Shown here one piece after another: positions 53,874 through 62,518 of a DNA stretch of 64,000 bases (positions are counted from its first letter, which is position 1; every line of letters starts with the position of its first letter). A model generated the notes under the pieces. It was not told the origin of the DNA, did not search any database, and worked only from the letters and a program-made list of their open reading frames with translations. This stretch comes from Histomonas meleagridis 2922-C6/04-290x. Its lineage: Eukaryota > Protista > Parabasalia. Made by a program: the position numbers and the translations under genes. The stretch spans positions 186,001 through 250,000 of the forward strand of contig JAANOX010000224.1 of assembly GCA_020184695.1 (NCBI GenBank), given 5' to 3'.

Positions 53874-54536
53874 TCAACATTCGCACTTTTTCTTACCTCC
53901 GACACTTTTCCCTTTCAGTTCACATGACTCTTTTGTTTCGGTTTGCTGAGATGTGCTCACACCTGCTTTTTCCTTCATTGCTATAGCCATTGTGTAGAAC
54001 AAGTTGTCAACGTTCAGTGAGTCTTTTGCGCTTGTTTCCATAAATGGAATATCATACTCTCGCGCAAGTTGTTCGCCTTCTTCCTCTTTAACCTCTCGAA
54101 CATTGTTTAAGTCACACTTATTACCAATCAATATTTTACATGTATCTTCGCTTGAATCTGATTGTTGGATCTGTTCCATCCAATCTCGAACCTTTTCGAA
54201 AGTCTTGCGATCTGTAATATCGTAAACAATAACTATTCCATGACTACCTTGGTAGTATGTTTTCGTTATTGCACGAAATCGTTCTTGTCCTGCGGTATCC
54301 CAAATCTGGAGCTTCACGATCTTTCCATCTTGGTTAATTGTACGGATCTTGAAATCCACACCTATTGTTGATATATAGTTTTCAATGAAGATATCTTCAG
54401 TAAAACGGATCAAGAGGCAACTTTTTCCTACTCCAGATTCTCCAACGATGAGAACTTCTGATGTTAGAATCAAATCATACTAAAAAGGTAATCACTGTTA
54501 TGTTAGAAAAATAACATACTAATTTCCTAAGCTCAT
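53874..54536 (-). CDS. RAB1: Rab1 GTPase, three exons: join(54536-54520, 54494-54481, 54457-53874), 204 aa
   Basis: The spliced product begins [26 protein letters not shown], the canonical Rab1 start. YISTIGVDFKIRT, WDTAGQERFR, GNKCD, ETSAK and a C-terminal CCEC-type prenylation end (KKCEC). Total 17+14+584 = 615 nt, in frame. Confidence 0.93.
54458..54480 (-). other. Spliceosomal intron 2 of Rab1 (23 nt)
   Basis: GTATGATTTGATTCTAACATCAG: GTATGA donor, CTAAC branch site, CAG acceptor. Its removal restores YDYLFKV. Confidence 0.88.
54495..54519 (-). other. Spliceosomal intron 1 of Rab1 (25 nt)
   Basis: GTATGTTATTTTTCTAACATAACAG: GTATGT donor, CTAAC branch site, CAG acceptor. Confidence 0.88.
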
Positions 54537-54724
54537 TTATTGTTAAAAAAATGTTCTAAACGGTCAAAAGGGCTGAAATTTAAAAAACATCCACTTATTC
54601 AATGAAACCGCCTCTTTTGTCTGAAAAAGTCATCATCGTTGTATTGAAAACCTATTTTACGACGATGTTCACATCGCAAAGTTTTAAAACTTATAATCGT
54701 TATATTTTATTATATATAATAATA

Positions 54725-57700
54725 TTATTCCAACAAGTTTTTATATTCATCGATCAATTTTTCAGTTTCTTCGCAGTCCTCATTATACGCTGCAATCTTT
54801 AGCGCTTCATCGTAATGTTTCTTCGCTACTAAAGCTAACGCGCATCTTTTCACCCTCGATGGGAACAAATTAATACAGTCCAAAATTTCCGCGGACACGT
54901 CAAGTGTTTTATGTACCTTCAAGAAGTTAATAATTGCAACAATGTAACTGAACAAACGCGGCATATGTTGCACAGTTTGGAATATCGCGAGCGATGCGAA
55001 AGTTTCCTTCGACATGAAATTATAAAACATGTTCATCCACAAGAACAAAGTTTCGTGGAACAGATAATAATCGTCGTTTTCACAATCGGATAACCATTTG
55101 TAGTAATTATTTATAATTGTTTCTTCGGCGTCGACTAAATTCGACTTTATCATTCCCATCGAGAAATGATAAAATGTTAAAATGTTATAATGATTTAAAG
55201 GAATCGATTGAAGGAAATCACGTAATTGTAAGAATAATGTTGTTTTATGATTACTTTTGATTATTATTTGTCGAATTAAAGGAACATAAAAGTTAAAAGT
55301 TGAAATTTTATAATTATTTGGGAAAAATGATTTTATTGACTTACAGAAATAAATTTGTAAGTTTCCAAATGATTCATTTTCATATATCGTTTGAAGTAAT
55401 AATGAAAATGAATATTGATGGAAATAATTCTCTTTATAATTATTCAGATGATTAAATATTATCGAAAAATAATTTTTAGTGTTCATTATAGTTACATTTG
55501 GTGATGCATGTTTAAGATATAAATTACATAACTTAATTGTTGATAAAAAAAATGATGGAATTGTTATTATGTTATTAATCACATGATTAATAACTGACTC
55601 AAATGGAAATGAATCTTTTATATAATATAAAATAGATGTATGAACATTATAAATAGAAATGAAATAATGAGTAGTTAAATAGTTTAAATCATCAAATAAT
55701 TTTTTGACGATGATTCGAAGTTTCGATTTAATGTTCGTTTTTATTGATATAATAGAACAACATAATGATAACTCATAAATTGGAAGTTTTTGTGTTTCGA
55801 TATTATTAAATAGAGTAACAAATGATTCGATTTGTTCTTCTGTTATTTCTTTTAGTAAGTTAAAAATAATTGTTATATAATATAATGAAAATTTCAGTTT
55901 TTTAGGTTTGTTTATATAATCATTTAAACATTTAATTCCAAAACTAATTAATTCATTTAAATTTTCCATTTTAATTTTCGGAATTATCGATAAAAATTTC
56001 GGAAAATTATTTACTGTTAAGTTTTGTTTATTTTGTATTATTTCATTAAATAAAATTATTAAATTTGTTTCTTTGATTTCATTTGTGATATCAATGTTCG
56101 AATAAAAAATAGAAATTCTTTCTTTAGTATGAAAAATATATGAAAAAGGAGTTTCATTAAAATCAAATTTATCAAAAGGAAACTCAATTGATCTTTTATG
56201 GAAATATTTAATTAGATCAAATAATGAATTATAATCCAAATCAATTAAATATTTCGAAATCATTTCATTAAGTTTCTCATTATCAAAATCAAACAAATTA
56301 TATTTTATTTGAGTTTTGATAATTGATAAATTTTCGGAAAATTCTTTTAATGATTTAATATCATTATAAATATATTTTTTAGTTACGATTTCATTAGTTT
56401 CATTAATTTCTTTTTTATTATCTATTTCTTTATTATCATCATTTTCTATTGTAATTTTATTAGTAAATATTTTAGTGTTTTCATCTTTTTGTTGTATATA
56501 ATATTGAACTTTATCTTGTAAATCTTTTGGAAAAGTATCAAAAAATGTATGAAACTCATCAACGCTAATATAAATCGATTTATAATATGAATAATATTGT
56601 ATACATTCAACAGAATAATTTCTTGGCGATAAAAAAGCAATTGTAGATAATGTATTAAAACATGAAATTGCTTGTTCATTTAAATTCTTTCTTAAATTTG
56701 GTGGTATTTTTAGATAATATAAACACCATTTTGATCCATTTTCAACATCTTGAAACAGATTCAAATAATTTAATACATTTAAAAATATTAAAAACAAATT
56801 CATATCAGAAACTTTTTGCGCAAGTTTTGTAGACTCAGTTGGGAACAAATATATTACATCATTACATATGAATTTAATGAAATTTGTATCATTTATATTA
56901 AATTTATCAATGATTTTTATTACATATTTAACATAATTAAATGATAATTCTTCAACTTCTTTGGTTTCTATATCATGTTCAATTATTTCATGCATAAAGT
57001 AAATGTTTTGTTCGATTTGTGAACTATTTATAATTCCTGAGAAACATGCAGAAAACGAAAAAATCGTTGAATATAAATATTCGATAATTTGAGAAATTTT
57101 TCGTTTTGAAACATTAAACAATAAAATAAATTTATAATATAATGATATTAAATCAATATCAGTATGTGAATAATGAATTAACTCCAAAATTATATCCAAA
57201 AATGAATACATTGAATTGGTTATTCCGAATTTTTTAATGATTTTTAATAATAATTTAATAATTTGTTTCATTTTATTCATGTTAAAAATATCATTTTCAT
57301 TAATAATTTTCCAAAATATATTTTCGAAATTATTCGAATTAATTAAAGAAAATATTATTTTCGATGCTAACTTTGATAATTGTTCATTTTCATTTAAAAG
57401 ACTTTTTATTAATATTTCAAATATTTTATTATTTCCACCAATAAAACAAAAATATTTTGTTGATAATTTTTGTATAACATATAATATATCTAATGAATGA
57501 ATCCATGAAACATTATTAACATAAATAATTCTCCTTAAAAACGTCGAAAACATATTTATCGATAAAAGTTCTCCAAATTTATTTATACAATTTGCTAAAT
57601 TCTTTAAACATGTCGATATATATTGATTATATTCTTTATATAGAAAATCCTTAAAACAGTTAAAAATTGGTAAAATTTCATTTAAAGTATTACATTCATT

Positions 57701-58654
57701 AGCTAATTTCGATAATTGTTTAAATTTGATTGTAACATGTGATATACTGTCTTCTTCGTTTGGAATTAAGTCATTAAAACTATATATAAAATTATAAAAA
57801 AATGGATGTTCTTTCATTGTTTCAAGCGTTACTTCGCATTTAATTTCTTTGTGGGTAAAAATTACTTTGTCCAAATCAATTTTCGCTGTGGTTTCCCCAT
57901 GATAATATAATATTTGCAAATAAATATCAATGTCATTTTGCGTGGTAAGTGTTGGTAAATCATGAATTAACTTGTCAATGAAGTTAATTTTGGTAAAATT
58001 AACCGAATTTGTTGACATAACAAACGATAATAATGATAAATATTTGATGTCATATAAACTTTCAATGAGTTCTGGATAGTTTTGAATAATTAAACTAATG
58101 GTCTTATGATGGTAATATTGGATTTCTTCAGATAATAATTCATTTAAAAGTTGTTGATTCCATTCTAATCCAAAATTCTTAAAAGAAGGTATATAATTAG
58201 ATATATACTGATGGAAACTTGAACACCGTGATCGAAAATGTGGAATTATATTGATTTGACTACAAAATGATTGAATTTTACTATTTTGAATTTTGGAAAT
58301 AATGTAAGATGAAATTCGAATAACAACTTGAGCAGTACTGTTTTGAAGGGATTCTTTTTGTGATATTTGAATTGTCTTTTGTTCAATAAATGTTGGGTAA
58401 TATGGATAAAATTTCATGACGAAAATCATTATTGTCCTTTCTGCAGTATTTACAACAGAAGTGTTGTCGTGTTCGCATGAACCAATTAAAAATTCCCAGA
58501 CTTTTTGAAGTTTAGAAATTTGAAATTGATATGGTATCCCAGAAATTATCCCTCTGTGAAAATGCTTTTGAATATCAAGAAGAACACTGATAACACTTGC
58601 TGCAGGAGAATTTGATTTTTGTATATTTTCGATTTGGGAAACAATAATCGACAT
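54725..58654 (-). CDS. Large hypothetical ARM/HEAT-like helical protein
   Basis: Uninterrupted 1309-aa ORF rich in Ile/Leu/Phe/Asn; no specific family recognised. Confidence 0.75.
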   Translation of the reverse strand: MSIIVSQIENIQKSNSPAASVISVLLDIQKHFHRGIISGIPYQFQISKLQKVWEFLIGSCEHDNTSVVNTAERTIMIFVMKFYPYYPTFIEQKTIQISQKESLQNSTAQVVIRISSYIISKIQNSKIQSFCSQINIIPHFRSRCSSFHQYISNYIPSFKNFGLEWNQQLLNELLSEEIQYYHHKTISLIIQNYPELIESLYDIKYLSLLSFVMSTNSVNFTKINFIDKLIHDLPTLTTQNDIDIYLQILYYHGETTAKIDLDKVIFTHKEIKCEVTLETMKEHPFFYNFIYSFNDLIPNEEDSISHVTIKFKQLSKLANECNTLNEILPIFNCFKDFLYKEYNQYISTCLKNLANCINKFGELLSINMFSTFLRRIIYVNNVSWIHSLDILYVIQKLSTKYFCFIGGNNKIFEILIKSLLNENEQLSKLASKIIFSLINSNNFENIFWKIINENDIFNMNKMKQIIKLLLKIIKKFGITNSMYSFLDIILELIHYSHTDIDLISLYYKFILLFNVSKRKISQIIEYLYSTIFSFSACFSGIINSSQIEQNIYFMHEIIEHDIETKEVEELSFNYVKYVIKIIDKFNINDTNFIKFICNDVIYLFPTESTKLAQKVSDMNLFLIFLNVLNYLNLFQDVENGSKWCLYYLKIPPNLRKNLNEQAISCFNTLSTIAFLSPRNYSVECIQYYSYYKSIYISVDEFHTFFDTFPKDLQDKVQYYIQQKDENTKIFTNKITIENDDNKEIDNKKEINETNEIVTKKYIYNDIKSLKEFSENLSIIKTQIKYNLFDFDNEKLNEMISKYLIDLDYNSLFDLIKYFHKRSIEFPFDKFDFNETPFSYIFHTKERISIFYSNIDITNEIKETNLIILFNEIIQNKQNLTVNNFPKFLSIIPKIKMENLNELISFGIKCLNDYINKPKKLKFSLYYITIIFNLLKEITEEQIESFVTLFNNIETQKLPIYELSLCCSIISIKTNIKSKLRIIVKKLFDDLNYLTTHYFISIYNVHTSILYYIKDSFPFESVINHVINNIITIPSFFLSTIKLCNLYLKHASPNVTIMNTKNYFSIIFNHLNNYKENYFHQYSFSLLLQTIYENESFGNLQIYFCKSIKSFFPNNYKISTFNFYVPLIRQIIIKSNHKTTLFLQLRDFLQSIPLNHYNILTFYHFSMGMIKSNLVDAEETIINNYYKWLSDCENDDYYLFHETLFLWMNMFYNFMSKETFASLAIFQTVQHMPRLFSYIVAIINFLKVHKTLDVSAEILDCINLFPSRVKRCALALVAKKHYDEALKIAAYNEDCEETEKLIDEYKNLLE

Positions 58655-58765
58655 TTCTTTGGTTTGAAACGATTACTTTTTACAACAAACAGAAAATTTA
58701 ACGTTCGTTATCCAGCAATTTCTTATACAAAAAAAATTCGTGATTATAAACATACAAAAAATTTA

Positions 58766-61600
58766 TTAATTATTAGATAAAATAAATGAAGATATTGCAT
58801 TAGGAATAGATTGTTTTGGTCCTAATTTTAATAATTCACGAACTGCAAGATCATCACGAAGAAGTTCTTTAAATTTTTCGCTTATATTTTTTAAAAATAC
58901 ATCAAAATTATTAATATTTAATCCTTCTTTCGTATCAAACATTATACAAAAATGTGATGCTACTAATGCAATGAAATTCTGTTGAATTTCTTCGACTTTC
59001 TTCTTATAGTTTTCTATTGTTTCTTTAAATTTCGCTTCTTTGGAAAAAAGTTCTGTTTTGTAGTATGAATCTTTTAATTTTAATTTACGCGTGAAATCAC
59101 TCGTTAAATTTTTGTTTTTATCTTCTGAATGTTGTAATTTTAATAACAATTCTTCAATTTGTATTCTAAATGAATTGTTATCATTTTGAATTTTCTCGAG
59201 TTTTTCTTGAATTTGAGAATTATTTGAATTTAATTCTTTGATTTTATCTTGATATGTTTCTATAATTGAATCATTTTTCTTTACATTAATTTCTTTTATT
59301 TTTTCATCTTGTTTCAAATTAAAATGATTTTGATTTTGGTATTTTTGAATTTCTTTTTTCTTCTTTTGAATTTGTAATTGGAATAAAGTGTTTGCTTGCT
59401 TTTCTTTTTCATAATCTTTTTGCAAATTTATAAGTTTCTCTTCAGATGTTCTTAATTTAAGTGATAATTCTTTGATTTTATTGTTTAATAATTGATTTCT
59501 TTTTTCAAATTCATTAATTTTGGCTTCAAAACATAAATTATTTTCATGGATTTGTTGTTGTTTTTGTTCTATTATTGCTTCTTTTTCACTTTCTATTTGT
59601 AAAACTTGTTTTTGTAAATCAATAATTTTGTTTTCAAATTCGGAAATATTTATTTGGATATCTTTTTTCTGAAGATTTTGTGATTTAATTAATTTTTTTA
59701 ATTTATGATTTGAATTTTTATAATTATTATTGATTTTAATTTGTTGAGTTAAGCATTCTTTAATATTTTTAATTTTATTATAAACTTCATCAATATCATT
59801 ACATTTTAACATCAAAAAAAGATTTAGAATTTTACTTTCTATATTTTGATATTTTTCTTTAGATTCATTAGTTGAAAAACGAAGTTCTTTTATACTATTT
59901 ATAAATAATGCTTGCAAATTATCATCAAATATTAAGTCATTAAGTGGTTTTGTTATTTCAGGGAAAAGTTGTTGGATTAAATTCACAAATAATTTATATT
60001 TTTCTTCAAATAAATTTAATTTTTGCCTGATAGATTCATAATCATTATACATATTTTTGTTTTTATTATTATACCATTCATTAATTATTGAAAAAATTTG
60101 TTTCATTTTCGTAGGTGTTGATATAGTTTTATTATTTGAAATACTTAAAATTATTTGATTTAATTCTTTAGGGAATATACCTAAACAAGAAGTAGCTATT
60201 GGTAAAAGACAACTTTCATCAAATGGCTGTAAAATATTTGAATATTTTTGTTTGATCTCTTTAATTTGTTGTTCATAAGAATACTTTTCTTTTGTAAGTT
60301 TGTGAACAATTTCTTCATACTTTTGAATAACTAAATTTTGCTTTGTATTTAAGCCAAAAAATTGATCTCTTAAGTTCTTTAATTCAACAATTTCCTTGTT
60401 TTGATTTTCGATTATTATTTCGATTTGATTTAAATATAATTTATACTTTTTATTATCATTAATTTGAGAATTTAATTCTGTTTTTAATTCTTTTCCTGTT
60501 GTAATAAGTTCTTTTATTCTTTTATGAAGTTCAATTACATCTGTTTTTAATTTATCTCTTTCATCAACTATTGTTGATAATTCTTTTGTTAATTTGGAGC
60601 TTGTTGTCTTTTGATTTGATAATTCTGTTTGGTTTAAATTGTTTGTATCTAAAAGTTGTTTTTTTACTTTTTTTAACTCATTTACTTGATTCAAAAATGA
60701 TTTTAATTGCTTGTTTAATTGTTCATTTTCATCATTTAACTGTACATTATTTTTTGATAATTGTTCAATTCGTTGATTTAGTTGTAATAATTGTTCAAAT
60801 TGTTTTGTTTCATTGGCTTTCTCCATACATTGGATATTAGTTGATAGAGTTCCATTTTCTTTTAGAAGTTGTTCATTAGTTTTGGTTAAGCTTTGAATTT
60901 GAATTATTTGTTTTTCGATTTGGTTTTTCATTTCTGTTTGCTCATTTGTGTTCTCACCAATTTTTTGTTTGAAATTATTTTGAATTGTTTTAATTTGTTT
61001 TTTGAGACCAATATTTTCATTTTTTAGTTTTTTAATTTTTGATTTAAATTTATTGAGTTTACTTTGGTGCTTCTCTCGAAATTGTTCTTTCCTTATACTT
61101 GAATTGACTAAATTAATAGTTGTTTCATAATCTTGATTATTGATTCGAAAATATTCTGATACTTTTGCCATTATTTCAGAAAGTTGTTTTTCCAATTTCG
61201 TTTTTTGATCTTCTATGATTTTTTGTGATTCTTTTAATTGGCCAATAATTCTTTGCTGTTTACTTATTTCATTTGTCATTGTATTCCTCATCTCTTCCAT
61301 TTTCATGTTAATTCCTTTGATAGTTTTATCGTTTAATAACTCAAGCTGAGCTTTTTCATCCGAAAAAGATTTTTCTATATCAAGATTTTTCTGAGCGCTA
61401 ATTTGTAGCCTGTGCTTTAAATCAGAATTTTCTGCATTTAATTTACGAATTTCATTTTCTAATCCTGTTATTTGATTATATAAACCATCAATTTGAGATG
61501 AAATTGAAACAGCACTACCAAATTGTTTTTGAAGTGAAGCAACCTCTTCTCTTAAACTTTGATTTTCTTGAAGAAGTTGCTGGATATCTTTTGTGTCCAT
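58766..61600 (-). CDS. Long coiled-coil protein
   Basis: 944-aa K/E/Q/N-rich ORF with heptad periodicity throughout. Confidence 0.8.
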   Translation of the reverse strand: MDTKDIQQLLQENQSLREEVASLQKQFGSAVSISSQIDGLYNQITGLENEIRKLNAENSDLKHRLQISAQKNLDIEKSFSDEKAQLELLNDKTIKGINMKMEEMRNTMTNEISKQQRIIGQLKESQKIIEDQKTKLEKQLSEIMAKVSEYFRINNQDYETTINLVNSSIRKEQFREKHQSKLNKFKSKIKKLKNENIGLKKQIKTIQNNFKQKIGENTNEQTEMKNQIEKQIIQIQSLTKTNEQLLKENGTLSTNIQCMEKANETKQFEQLLQLNQRIEQLSKNNVQLNDENEQLNKQLKSFLNQVNELKKVKKQLLDTNNLNQTELSNQKTTSSKLTKELSTIVDERDKLKTDVIELHKRIKELITTGKELKTELNSQINDNKKYKLYLNQIEIIIENQNKEIVELKNLRDQFFGLNTKQNLVIQKYEEIVHKLTKEKYSYEQQIKEIKQKYSNILQPFDESCLLPIATSCLGIFPKELNQIILSISNNKTISTPTKMKQIFSIINEWYNNKNKNMYNDYESIRQKLNLFEEKYKLFVNLIQQLFPEITKPLNDLIFDDNLQALFINSIKELRFSTNESKEKYQNIESKILNLFLMLKCNDIDEVYNKIKNIKECLTQQIKINNNYKNSNHKLKKLIKSQNLQKKDIQINISEFENKIIDLQKQVLQIESEKEAIIEQKQQQIHENNLCFEAKINEFEKRNQLLNNKIKELSLKLRTSEEKLINLQKDYEKEKQANTLFQLQIQKKKKEIQKYQNQNHFNLKQDEKIKEINVKKNDSIIETYQDKIKELNSNNSQIQEKLEKIQNDNNSFRIQIEELLLKLQHSEDKNKNLTSDFTRKLKLKDSYYKTELFSKEAKFKETIENYKKKVEEIQQNFIALVASHFCIMFDTKEGLNINNFDVFLKNISEKFKELLRDDLAVRELLKLGPKQSIPNAISSFILSNN

Positions 61601-62518
61601 ATTGTCGTACGTTAATTTTTGGCGGCAGTTTTAAACCAAGTACCACCCACTTTAGAATTCTCTATAAAGATTATTATAAAATATTGGATAGATCCTATAA
61701 TCCTATTTCTAATTAATTAAAAAATACCATACTCATTGATTTGCAAATCATTGAATGTAACAAAGAAGAAGAACAGATCAGATCATAGGATTACTATGAA
61801 ATTATATCTTTGTTTCAACCTCTAACACAAACCAAATCCTCCAAAAGTTTTTACATAGGTATAACACATTGAAATTAATATCATGTTAATGATAAAATTG
61901 TATTTGACTTCATTTTTAACAATTGTAAAAAAATACTTGTGAAATATTATTCAACACTTCGTGCTTCCATTAAATTTGTTCAGAAGTTTGATAGAATTGC
62001 ATAAGCTGATGGAAAAAAAAAATCAGTAGGATCGATTTCACTTTTTGAACATGATTCTATTGAAACCGATCGAAAAGAACTTATTTTTTACACAGAATGA
62101 GGTGAACTCACCCCTCAAAAAAGTACATTTCAGTCCAGTTTGGCTTCATCCAGCCACTTTCTATTGGCACAAGTTCAAAGGCACTGGGCTCGCCTCATTT
62201 TTGTATAATGTGAAATAGATTTTCCTCCGATATTAAAACATAAATTAAATTGATCTTCGAATGATTTCATAAAACATCCTTTACTTTTTGTGGCGTTGTC
62301 AGAAGCTTCATTTTTTCATTGTTTTCACCTTTTAATTGAGATTATAGGTTTGTCGCTCTGTTTTTTCTCCATTAGTTGATCACTTTTATGATATTACTCC
62401 AATGAGTAATCATCCAACTTTTTAAGAACATAACAGTTTCACTATCTCAATTTTTTCATTATCATTAGCATTGAAAACAAAAAATGCCAAACAAAGAGAG
62501 AACAACCACTCTGACAAA

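Noticed and set aside
62099-62200. U1-like snRNA (ACTCACC, ATTGGCAC, ATTTTTG)
   Set aside because: Each motif deviates from the U1 consensus and the spacing and folding are unconvincing. The segment is better explained as part of the decayed + frame.
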